A stretch of DNA of 49,552 nt. Source: a virus. Its lineage: Duplodnaviria > Caudoviricetes. Each line of letters opens with the position of its first letter. The first letter of the stretch is position 1. The notes under the pieces are model-generated. The model saw only the letters and a program-made list of their open reading frames with translations. It searched no databases and was not told where the DNA came from. The position numbers and the translations under genes are program-made. Where the stretch lies: the IMG/VR virus record IMGVR_UViG_3300048598_000468, positions 1 to 49,552 of that record, one strand, 5' to 3'. This document shows positions 42,013 to 49,552 of this stretch, piece by piece.

Positions 42013-42144
42013 CCTATTCGTCGAGTTGATTTACCCCACGTCCGCACCCCGAAAGTTGCACGCCGGATCGTGCCACCCGCGCGGGGGTCTGTCGACCCGG
42101 ATTCAACGCTGCATTGCGTCATGAACCTTACCGAGGGAAGCCAA

Positions 42145-42267
42145 ATGTCCAAACCCATCGATCTCATCGTCGCCAACGAGCTGCACCGCATCGCGGAGGC
42201 CGTCGAGAAGATGCCGCCCGTGCTGCGCGCCGGCATCACCGGGAAGCCCGTCAAGGTCGAGGGCTGA
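42145..42267 (+). CDS. Small early protein
   Basis: GAGGGAAG RBS, 40 aa. Confidence 0.55.
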   Translation: MSKPIDLIVANELHRIAEAVEKMPPVLRAGITGKPVKVEG

Positions 42268-42269
42268 GC

Positions 42270-42524
42270 ATGAGCGTCCAGCGCGACAGCAGCGCGGACG
42301 AGGCGGCGGCGCTGATGCGCCGCCCCCTCGAGGGCGAGGCCGATCCGCCGCTCACGATCTCTGGCGTCGACGCGGCCAGCGCCCGCGCAAAGCTGCGCAA
42401 GCTCTACGCGCTGCTCGAGCGGCTCGAGCACCGCAGCAAGGTTTACCGCGAGAAGGAGGAGCTGCGCAGCGCCCGCATCGATCTCGGTGTGGTGGTCGCG
42501 CTGCTGCCTGAGCCGAGCCGCTGA
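42270..42524 (+). CDS. Hypothetical early protein
   Basis: GAGG RBS, GC3-rich codons. Confidence 0.6.
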   Translation: MSVQRDSSADEAAALMRRPLEGEADPPLTISGVDAASARAKLRKLYALLERLEHRSKVYREKEELRSARIDLGVVVALLPEPSR

Positions 42525-42652
42525 CGATACGAATTCCGAGGGCCACGCCTCGGACAGGAGACCGGAGCCGGCGGCGAGCCGCTGGCGAGGGCAAGGCGGT
42601 CGGGTCACCGCGGGGGTGACGCCGGCTCCGGTCAGACCACGAGGGGAGCAGG

Positions 42653-42931
42653 ATGGACAGCGACACGACGCCAGCACAGCACGACGAGCGCGGAATTCCG
42701 GCCAACGCCGCGGCGTGCCGGCGCCTGATCGTCCACTGCCTGGTCGCAATCCTCGTGTGCGTCGTTGCGCTCTGGATGATTGGGCGCACCGCCCTCTACG
42801 CACTCCACCCGGAGCGGCGCCCGCAGCCGGCGCAGCAGGCCGGCACGGTGGAGACGTGCGATCTCCCGTGCGCGCTCCGGCGCCTGCACGAGGCCGAGCA
42901 GCGCCTGCGCGTGCTGGAGGGCTCCCGATGA
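42653..42931 (+). CDS. Single-TM hypothetical protein
   Basis: GGAG RBS; LIVHCLVAILVCVVALWMIG. Confidence 0.6.
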   Translation: MDSDTTPAQHDERGIPANAAACRRLIVHCLVAILVCVVALWMIGRTALYALHPERRPQPAQQAGTVETCDLPCALRRLHEAEQRLRVLEGSR

Positions 42932-43200
42932 TCCCAGCGCTCAGCATGGGCCAGTGGGCCGCGCTCGCGCTGCTGGCGGCGCTCCTCGCGGCCGTCGTCG
43001 CAATCTGGCGCGCGAGCCGCCCGCGCCATCCCGCCTGCCGCCGCGCGGGCCACACATGGGACACCGACAACGCGGCCGAATTCGGCGACACGCGCCTGTG
43101 CCTCGTCTGCGGCGAGATCGAGCAATGGACACCCGACGCCAGCGGCTGGTCCGACGGGCATTGGGAGCAGCGGAAAGACAAGCTGGAGGGCAAGCGGTGA
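42928..43200 (+). CDS. Single-TM protein with Cys/His motif
   Basis: TM then C...GH.W...CLVCG. Confidence 0.6.
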   Translation: MIPALSMGQWAALALLAALLAAVVAIWRASRPRHPACRRAGHTWDTDNAAEFGDTRLCLVCGEIEQWTPDASGWSDGHWEQRKDKLEGKR

Positions 43201-43544
43201 CAGCAAAATGCGAACTCACAGGCGCGCCGGCGCGCGGACCGATCAAGGTTGATGGCTCAGATCGCTGCTTTTGTCCGGCGTGCTCAGCAGCGATCCTTGT
43301 CGAGCGGGCGACAGGGAATGCAGACGCGACCGCCGAGATCATCAACAGTGCGCTCAACTATCTCGGCGTTTGGAACGACAAGCCGGAAGCTATCCGGCTG
43401 TTGCGCCTGGCACGAACGAACGTTTCCGAGATCGCCCACAAGCTCCGCCAGTCGCGCGGCGAGCGCGCTGATCAGCCTTTCACGCCAGATCCAGACTGGG
43501 CCGAGGACGACGCCCGCAACGAGGGAGAGCGCGATGCAGGGTGA
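43197..43544 (+). CDS. Hypothetical protein with N-terminal Cys cluster
   Basis: GTGA coupling; CELTG...CFCPAC. Confidence 0.55.
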   Translation: MTAKCELTGAPARGPIKVDGSDRCFCPACSAAILVERATGNADATAEIINSALNYLGVWNDKPEAIRLLRLARTNVSEIAHKLRQSRGERADQPFTPDPDWAEDDARNEGERDAG

Positions 43545-43986
43545 CCTCTCAGCATTGATCGAGCGCGTCGAGAACGCGACCGGGCCGGGGCGGGAGCTGG
43601 ATGCTCTCATTTTCCGCGTACTTGATCTGAAGTTGCCTGACCAATTCTTAAGCATGGGAATCAAGCTTTCGTGGCAAATCGACGGATCTGCGACGGTACC
43701 TGTTGGCGATATGCAGGTTCGGTATGAACCTCCGTATTTCACCTCCTCCCTCGACGCGGCTCTGGCTCTCGTAGAGGAGCAATTGCCGGGGACGTTTTGG
43801 CACGTCGCGAAAGGCAGGACACGGCCTGACGAACCGCTATTCGGCGCGGAACTTGTGTCGCCAGAGCACGGCGGCGTCAACGTTGCCGTCGAGCATGAGA
43901 GTTCGGTCGCGCTCGCCATGATCCTCGCCCTCCTCCGCGCTTTGTCCGCCCGTGACCAGCAAGACGGAGGCGGGGATGGCGCGTGA
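43534..43986 (+). CDS. Conserved phage early protein (ABA-sandwich-like)
   Basis: LIERVENATGPGRELDALI...PYFTSSLDAALALV...LPG. Confidence 0.65.
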   Translation: MQGDLSALIERVENATGPGRELDALIFRVLDLKLPDQFLSMGIKLSWQIDGSATVPVGDMQVRYEPPYFTSSLDAALALVEEQLPGTFWHVAKGRTRPDEPLFGAELVSPEHGGVNVAVEHESSVALAMILALLRALSARDQQDGGGDGA

Positions 43987-44230
43987 CTTCGAAGGCGACG
44001 CACACTCGTGGGCTCTTGCGGCACTCCTTGAAGCGAACAGTGCCACATCCGATATCGCGCGCGGGCTAGAGGCTCGTGGTCGCGAAGGCTCCCCAAAAAC
44101 ACATTTCCAGAACGCGCGGAGGCTGCTGCGCGAAGCAGAGGGGAGCCTCACCCGCGCGCTCGTCATCATCGAAATGGGCGCGGAAGAGCAGGTGAACCGC
44201 CACGCCCGCACTGAAGGAGGACAGGGGTGA
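43976..44230 (+). CDS. Hypothetical protein
   Basis: Overlap coupling, GGAGG RBS. Confidence 0.55.
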   Translation: MARDFEGDAHSWALAALLEANSATSDIARGLEARGREGSPKTHFQNARRLLREAEGSLTRALVIIEMGAEEQVNRHARTEGGQG

Positions 44231-44445
44231 TGGCAGAGCCAATCGTTACCCGGATGAGCGTTATGGTAGGCGCGACCGTAATCATCGAGCCCAGAGGCGA
44301 AGGCGGGGTCTATTTTAGGGTCGAAGGTCGGACGTTCGCACTCCGAGGCGGGATCGTTGGCGGCCTGCGCGAAATCGAACGAGAGCTTCGCGAAAAGAAG
44401 AAAATTGCGGCCGACCGTCTCTCTACTCAGGAAGGGGGACGGTGA
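44227..44445 (+). CDS. Hypothetical protein
   Basis: AGGAGG RBS. Confidence 0.55.
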   Translation: MMAEPIVTRMSVMVGATVIIEPRGEGGVYFRVEGRTFALRGGIVGGLREIERELREKKKIAADRLSTQEGGR

Positions 44446-44618
44446 TGGCCACGTCAGACAAGGAACGGATCGCGAAACTGGAGCAGTGCGTCGCCCTCCT
44501 CGTGAACCTCGTCATGGAAGGCGAGACGACGTGGGAAATGAAGGGCAAGGCCCGCGAAATTTTTGCTCTCGCCAACATACCGCGTCCCCTCTCACCGGAG
44601 GGCACCGATGAACCGTGA
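44445..44618 (+). CDS. Small hypothetical protein (57 aa)
   Basis: MATSDKERIAKLEQCVALL..., TGATG coupling. Confidence 0.55.
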   Translation: MATSDKERIAKLEQCVALLVNLVMEGETTWEMKGKAREIFALANIPRPLSPEGTDEP

Positions 44619-44922
44619 CCTCAAAAACTTTTGGGTGAGCTGGTACGACAAGAATTACGGCCAGTGGGAGCTTCATTGGCCGTGGTGGGTGAGTGGCTGC
44701 CGCTTGTCCGACGATGCGCGCACCATCTGTGCCGCCGTCCGCGCCGAGAGCGCAGATCACGCCATGATCATCATCGAAAATGCACACGACGAGCCGCGTC
44801 CACTTCCGTTGGAGTGGCGTTTCGTGAGCACGCGAGCACCAGATTGGAGCCCATTCAGCGACCGCTTCCCCCGCGCCGACTGGATGAAATGGCCGGAGGA
44901 GGGCACCGCAGATGCTGACTGA
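44608..44922 (+). CDS. Trp-rich hypothetical phage protein
   Basis: FWVSW...PWWVSG...ICAAVRA...EWRF...WSPFSDRFP. Confidence 0.65.
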   Translation: MNRDLKNFWVSWYDKNYGQWELHWPWWVSGCRLSDDARTICAAVRAESADHAMIIIENAHDEPRPLPLEWRFVSTRAPDWSPFSDRFPRADWMKWPEEGTADAD

Positions 44923-45169
44923 ACGTCAATCCGCGGTGTTCCGCATTATCCGCCAGCACGTTGCTGAGTACGGATTTGCGCCCACCCTGGAAGAGCTTTG
45001 CGAGTTTACCGGCACGAAGTCCGTTGGCTCAATGAGCAAGCACGTTGCCGCTCTCGCCAGCGCTAGCTTGATTGAGCGCACGAACGGTGCGCGTCAGATC
45101 TCGCTCAAGCACGCATGCCCTTATTGCGGTCAGAAAATCAAACACAGGGGAGGCACCGCAGATGGCTGA
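44912..45169 (+). CDS. LexA DNA-binding-domain-like protein with C-terminal CPxCG, no peptidase domain
   Basis: LTERQ.AV...I......GFAPTLEELC...G.KS....KHV.AL....LIER. Confidence 0.75.
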   Translation: MLTERQSAVFRIIRQHVAEYGFAPTLEELCEFTGTKSVGSMSKHVAALASASLIERTNGARQISLKHACPYCGQKIKHRGGTADG

Positions 45170-45542
45170 GACACCCGATATCTCTTTTGACCTCGCCGTG
45201 CACACGGTCGAACTCGTGTTGGAGCAGTGCAGTGCGCGTGGCAACGGCCCCGTAGTTCTGCGTCGCTACCTGGATGCGGCCGAGGCCGAGATCACCCGTC
45301 TCCGCTCTGAGCTGGCCGCGCACGAGGAAGTGCGCACGTCCGCACCTCAAACTGAGACACCCTCCCCAAAGCTTGGAGATCTCTACGCCATTGAGCACGA
45401 CGGCTTTGTTGGCACCGTGATCGGGTTCTACCAGCGCTCTGACGGCTACAAGGGGGTCGTTATGCAGCAGGCAGGGACGAAGATCGTGCACGTCTACGGC
45501 CTCAAATGGCTCAGCCAAATAGATCAGAGGGAGACCGAGTGA
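45162..45542 (+). CDS. Hypothetical protein
   Basis: GGAGG RBS; HDGFVGTVIG.Y...G..GVVMQQ.GT.IVHVY. Confidence 0.6.
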   Translation: MAETPDISFDLAVHTVELVLEQCSARGNGPVVLRRYLDAAEAEITRLRSELAAHEEVRTSAPQTETPSPKLGDLYAIEHDGFVGTVIGFYQRSDGYKGVVMQQAGTKIVHVYGLKWLSQIDQRETE

Positions 45543-45544
45543 CC

Positions 45545-45808
45545 ATGGCTGAGGCACCAGCTCTCAAAGATCTTGTGCGTCGCCTTTCTCAGCTCCCCAG
45601 CGACCGGTTGTCAGTGCTCGTCGTTCGGTCGATGCCGTTTGGTGATCTGATAGAAGACGATACTCGACGAGTGGTTTTTAGTGCCCCGTTAGATTGCCCG
45701 AACTGGCACCGAAAGCGGTGGGCTTATCGGATTTGTAGTCTGGCAAAAAGGCACTGCGTCCCCGCCGCCGCTCCCGCTCCGGAGGCCGCCGATGGCGAAC
45801 GGTCGTGA
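45545..45808 (+). CDS. Hypothetical protein
   Basis: Fills gap in operon. Confidence 0.45.
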   Translation: MAEAPALKDLVRRLSQLPSDRLSVLVVRSMPFGDLIEDDTRRVVFSAPLDCPNWHRKRWAYRICSLAKRHCVPAAAPAPEAADGERS

Positions 45809-46121
45809 AGCGCTCGCCGCACTCGCGGCGCACATCCTGCAATCCGATAGCATCATGGTTGCCGAGGCGTGGGACCCTGCGCACGGGTGGCGATGCGCCA
45901 TCCAGCTTTCGACGGGTTGCACCCTGCTGACCACGCCGCGTGAAATGCGGAAGCTCGCGGACGTCTTTTCGAAGGCCGGCGCTGACAAAATCGCCGCTGC
46001 GGGCCTCACAGAGGTGATCGCCGACATGTACGACGTCGCCCGCGTCGTGAAGCGCCGGATCGAAAACCACGAGGTCCCGGCCGATGTGCTTGCTGATCTT
46101 CCCGCATCAGGGAGCGCGTGA
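45792..46121 (+). CDS. Hypothetical protein
   Basis: GGAGG RBS. Confidence 0.6.
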   Translation: MANGREALAALAAHILQSDSIMVAEAWDPAHGWRCAIQLSTGCTLLTTPREMRKLADVFSKAGADKIAAAGLTEVIADMYDVARVVKRRIENHEVPADVLADLPASGSA

Positions 46122-46128
46122 GCCCGTC

Positions 46129-46542
46129 ATGACCACGCCCACGCCCGATCCGACCCGCGCCCGCTACTCCCTCGCCGACCAGATCGAGGAGGCCAAGCGC
46201 GAACTCAGGTATCGCTACGGCGTGTACGCAAAACGCGTCGCAGACGGGCGCATGACGCAGGAGCAGGCCGATCGCCAGATCGCGCTCGCGCGCAACATCC
46301 GCGACACGCTCCAGACGCTGTTCCGCCACTACATCTCCGTGCGCGCCGCCATCGAGGCGGATCTGCGCGAGGTGCGCGAGATGGCGGTGCGCCAGCAGAT
46401 CGAGCAGCACCCCGCCGTCGGCGCCGTGCTCGGCGCGTTTCCCGGCGCGGAGATCGGCCCATTCGAGCCAGAGCCCGCGCCCCCCGATCCCGATCCCGAT
46501 CCCGATCTTTTCAACCCAGACGAGGAGCACGAAGCCGCATGA
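46129..46542 (+). CDS. Conserved phage hypothetical protein
   Basis: SLADQIEEAKREL.YR..VY.KRVA.GRMTQEQADRQIA. Confidence 0.7.
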   Translation: MTTPTPDPTRARYSLADQIEEAKRELRYRYGVYAKRVADGRMTQEQADRQIALARNIRDTLQTLFRHYISVRAAIEADLREVREMAVRQQIEQHPAVGAVLGAFPGAEIGPFEPEPAPPDPDPDPDLFNPDEEHEAA

Positions 46543-46970
46543 CCACGACCCCCATCGTCCACCTGATCCACCGCGCCGGCCAGCGCGCCGACGCTGCGTT
46601 CCTGGCCGAGGCGCGCGGCAACCGCGTCACCCCGGCACAGTCGGCCGTGCTGGTCGCGCTCGACGGCACCGACGGCGCGAGCCAGACGCAGCTCACCGCA
46701 CGCACCGGCATCGACCGCTCCACAATGGCCGACATCGTGCGCCGGCTGCTCAAGCGCAAATTGGTGACGCGCCGCCGCAACCATGTCGACAAGCGCGCCT
46801 ACGTGGTCGTCCTCTCCGGCGCGGGCGAGGACCTGGTGGCAGAGCTGCGCGAGGCCACGGAGCGCACCGACGAGGCCCTCCTCGCCTCCGTGCCCGCCAA
46901 ATACCGCGCCGCCCTCGTCGAGAGCCTGCGCCTGATCTCCGCAACCCCCAGCGCCGAGGCCGCGGAATGA
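46539..46970 (+). CDS. MarR family transcriptional regulator
   Basis: VTPAQ.AVL.AL...SQTQL...TGIDRSTMADIVRRL.KR.LV.R.R...DKRA. Confidence 0.9.
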   Translation: MTTTPIVHLIHRAGQRADAAFLAEARGNRVTPAQSAVLVALDGTDGASQTQLTARTGIDRSTMADIVRRLLKRKLVTRRRNHVDKRAYVVVLSGAGEDLVAELREATERTDEALLASVPAKYRAALVESLRLISATPSAEAAE

Positions 46971-47251
46971 ACACCGACAGGAACGACTGGCTCCGCGAGC
47001 AGATCGCTTTTGCGATTTTCAACAGCACAACCCCTCCGCACGTGAGGGACAGCATCACGCTTAAGAACATCGCCAGCACTGCCGAGCTGACGACGGACAT
47101 TGGCGGAGGGCTCACTGCAACATGGCATCCTGGCCCGGACTGGACCCTCAACCGGGACAGCTTCCTAAAGCTGGCTGACGTTGCGATCCGCGCATTCGAA
47201 GCAGCCGATGCCGACGGCTCGGCTTATGCGGAGGCCGCGCGGAATGAGTGA
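46967..47251 (+). CDS. Hypothetical protein
   Basis: ATGA coupling. Confidence 0.55.
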   Translation: MNTDRNDWLREQIAFAIFNSTTPPHVRDSITLKNIASTAELTTDIGGGLTATWHPGPDWTLNRDSFLKLADVAIRAFEAADADGSAYAEAARNE

Positions 47252-47465
47252 CTCGAGCGACCGTCCAGCCGCACCCAACGAAGCCACGCGCGCGCACATG
47301 GCGACGGCCTTCATCGAGTCCGCCGGCTACGATGGTGGCGACGCATGCCGGGGAATACTGAAGAGCATTCGCGCCGGTTGGCTTATTTTCATCCAGCCCG
47401 ACAAGCTGCAGCTCACACGAGAGGGTGAGGCTCACCTTCAGCGGGAGATGCTTGCCGATGCCTGA
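47244..47465 (+). CDS. Hypothetical protein (wHTH-like C-terminus)
   Basis: GGAGG RBS; LKSIRAGWLI...LQLTREGEAHL. Confidence 0.5.
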   Translation: MSDSSDRPAAPNEATRAHMATAFIESAGYDGGDACRGILKSIRAGWLIFIQPDKLQLTREGEAHLQREMLADA

Positions 47466-48132
47466 GGATCGCGAGGGCCAGGAATTCTATCTCGTAAGCC
47501 CGAAGCACACCCTTCGCGCGCATCCCTTCGTGACGCTCTGGCGCGCGGACAACAGCGGGTATTGCTGGCCGTTACCCTGGGCCGGCCGCTACACGGCGGC
47601 GCAGATTGCAGAAGCGCCGGGATACTACAACGATGGCGACGACACCTTCCCTGTGCCGGTCGCTGCCGTGGAGGCACTGGCCGAGCCGCCTGCGCCTGGC
47701 CTGATCTCCGGCGATACCGGTCCGGCGGTCCCCAATACGAAAGCCGCCTGGGCTGCTCTCCGGGCAGCACGATGCCGCATCGGGCTCTCCGACCAACGCC
47801 CCCAGCGCATCACGCTCTCGCGCGCCAAGGGCTGGCGCATGCCCGAGAACACGGTGCGAGTCGACCGGTCCTCAAAATTCGGCAATCCGTTTCGCTCTGA
47901 CCGCCCGACTGAGGCTGTCTTCAAGGCGGGCGCCCAGACAGCGGCCGATGCCTTTCGCCTCTGGCTCGAGCAACATCCGGCCCTCGCGAACGAAATGTCT
48001 TCCCGTCGCGCGGTGATCCTTGCCAGCCTCAGCGAGCTCCGCGGAAAGAACCTCGCCTGCTGGTGCAAGCCCGGCGAGCCCTGCCACGCCGACGTCCTGC
48101 TCGAGCTGGCCAACCGGGAGGAGCCCGCCTGA
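47458..48132 (+). CDS. Two-domain protein with C-terminal DUF4326-like domain
   Basis: RAKGWRMPENTVRVDRSSKFGNPF...LRGKNLACWC....CHADVLLELAN. Confidence 0.8.
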   Translation: MPEDREGQEFYLVSPKHTLRAHPFVTLWRADNSGYCWPLPWAGRYTAAQIAEAPGYYNDGDDTFPVPVAAVEALAEPPAPGLISGDTGPAVPNTKAAWAALRAARCRIGLSDQRPQRITLSRAKGWRMPENTVRVDRSSKFGNPFRSDRPTEAVFKAGAQTAADAFRLWLEQHPALANEMSSRRAVILASLSELRGKNLACWCKPGEPCHADVLLELANREEPA

Positions 48133-48371
48133 TGGCCCGTCCCGTCCACAATCCCGGACAGTGGCCTCGGCTGATGCGAGCCGAGACCGCCGCCGCTTAT
48201 GTGGATGAGCGTAGCGTTGAGGCCTTTCGTTCGGCTGTCGGCCAGTTGTATCCTCGACCACACAATATCAGCGGGAAAGGGGACCGATGGCTGAAGGAGG
48301 AGATAGACGCGGCGATCGGTCGGATCACCGGCCAGACCCAGTCTGCGCCCGACATCGCCGATCTCGTTTAG
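48132..48371 (+). CDS. Excisionase / AlpA-like recombination directionality factor
   Basis: PRLMRAETAAAY......F.....LYPRP......RW...EID; directly before the integrase. Confidence 0.7.
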   Translation: MARPVHNPGQWPRLMRAETAAAYVDERSVEAFRSAVGQLYPRPHNISGKGDRWLKEEIDAAIGRITGQTQSAPDIADLV

Positions 48372-48373
48372 CT

Positions 48374-49552
48374 ATGAAGCCGGAGGGCTGGCCCCGATAC
48401 ATGATCGCGCGGCGCCTCAAATCGGGCGACACCGCCTACTATTGGGAGCCGCGCTCAAAGGACACCGCCGCCGGCTGCCCCATCCAGGGCGAACCTCTCG
48501 GAAAATCCTATGCTGAGGCCAAAGGCCGGGCGGACTTGCTTAACACCCACCTCGACGCCTGGCGAGGCGGCCAGGGGGCCGTTAAGATTCTCGATCCAGC
48601 CCGCGTCGGCACCCTGCGTTGGCTCGTCGAGCGCTACAAGCGCAGCCCCGCGTGGGACAAGGTCTCGGAACCAAACCGAGATCATTACAGCTACATTCTC
48701 GACCTCGTGCTCGATTTCGAGCTGAAGAACGGGACGCCGCTCGGGGATGCTCTGCTCCCCTCAATTTCGGCCCGAGCCGTCGATCGCCTCTACCAGAAGC
48801 TTCAGACCGGTCCGCGCGGCTCGCGGGTGCGCGTCCCCGTGATGTGCATCATGCGGATGGCGCGGGCATGGGATGTCGTGCGCCGCCTCTATCCGGACGA
48901 CGTGCCAGCCGAGAACCCCTGGCGCGGTGTCGAACTCGTGCACGGCAACGAGACCACCCGTCCAGCGACGCGGGATGAGGCCTACTTACTGCACAAAGCG
49001 CTGGTCGCGGCAGGTCAGCCGTGGCTCGCGGCCGTCCCCCTCGTCTGCTTCGAATGGCACCAACGGCCAGAAAACGTGCTTGCGGGCCATCTCACGTGGC
49101 AGGATTACCGGCCGCCCGAGCGGCCGGAATGGGTGCGAATCGTGCACCACAAGACCGGCGAGCGTGTCTGGTTGCCGCTCACGGACAAAAAAGGTCCACT
49201 ATTTCCGGAGATTATGGCCTACCTTGACGGTCTTGAGCGCATTGCGCCGGCCATCAGCGTGTTCCGGCCCCGAGGCAAGGGTGACCCGAAGGCTATCGAT
49301 CCTCACCACGCGGCCAAGCTGGTGAGGGATGCCCGGACAGCAGCGAAACTCGGGGATCACGTAACGCTCGCGGCTTGCCGCCACGGCGGATTAACCGAAC
49401 TGGGTGACGCGGAATTGACCGAGCAAGGCGTGATGGCCCTTTCCGGCCACCGCACCCCTGATGCCGCGCGCCTCTACGTCAAGAGAACCGAAGCTCAGCG
49501 GGCCGCCGCCGCGCGTCGCCGGAGAGCGTGGATCGACAGTCAAGCCGCTTGA
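48374..49552 (+). CDS. int: Tyrosine integrase
   Basis: QRPEN (R), HHKTG (K), CRHGG (R), LSGH, LYV (Y); ends with TGA at the last base. Confidence 0.92.
   Translation: MKPEGWPRYMIARRLKSGDTAYYWEPRSKDTAAGCPIQGEPLGKSYAEAKGRADLLNTHLDAWRGGQGAVKILDPARVGTLRWLVERYKRSPAWDKVSEPNRDHYSYILDLVLDFELKNGTPLGDALLPSISARAVDRLYQKLQTGPRGSRVRVPVMCIMRMARAWDVVRRLYPDDVPAENPWRGVELVHGNETTRPATRDEAYLLHKALVAAGQPWLAAVPLVCFEWHQRPENVLAGHLTWQDYRPPERPEWVRIVHHKTGERVWLPLTDKKGPLFPEIMAYLDGLERIAPAISVFRPRGKGDPKAIDPHHAAKLVRDARTAAKLGDHVTLAACRHGGLTELGDAELTEQGVMALSGHRTPDAARLYVKRTEAQRAAAARRRRAWIDSQAA

Larger units (their letters stand above)
500..49552. mobile_element. HK97-like temperate siphovirus prophage, apparently intact; exact left edge approximate, right att outside window
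   Basis: Lysis, tail, head, packaging, replication, immunity and xis/int modules in lambdoid order, starting right after tRNA-Pro. Confidence 0.95.

Noticed and set aside
46483-46506. (CCCGAT)x4 repeat
   Set aside because: In-frame Pro-Asp linker; length change would not shift the frame.
48287-48373. Upstream integrase start
   Set aside because: Overlaps the excisionase in another frame; ATG 48374 follows its stop directly.

Overview
GC-rich alphaproteobacterial (probably Hyphomicrobiales; inferred) chromosome segment. It starts with divergent host tRNA-Gln(TTG) and tRNA-Pro(CGG) genes. An apparently complete ~49 kb HK97-like temperate siphovirus prophage follows, integrated at the 3' end of tRNA-Pro; its integrase stop codon is the last base of the window, so attR is not visible. 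Left to right: SNase moron; lysis (spanins, GH24 endolysin); tail (beta-helix tailspike, tail tip, tape measure, G/GT chaperone with -1 frameshift, tail tube); head (connectors, HK97 capsid, prohead protease, portal, TerL/TerS, HNH); an accessory block (membrane-anchored HTH protein, LexA-box SRAP operon, D-glucuronyl C5-epimerase-like gene); replication/early genes; cro/cI switch with palindromic operators; early-left operon; xis/int. The standout is in the head module. A 513-aa ORF next to the prohead protease consists of five very acidic, K/R-depleted mini-domains, each preceded by a basic L(S/A)RR(Y/F)xR(K/R) motif. Nearby are three small acidic genes with related leaders, and the capsid scaffolding (delta) domain is unusually basic. 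I infer a protease-processed capsid-cargo polyprotein system, possibly delivering anti-defence/DNA-mimic effectors. All assignments are by eye; no searches were run and residue counts are hand counts.
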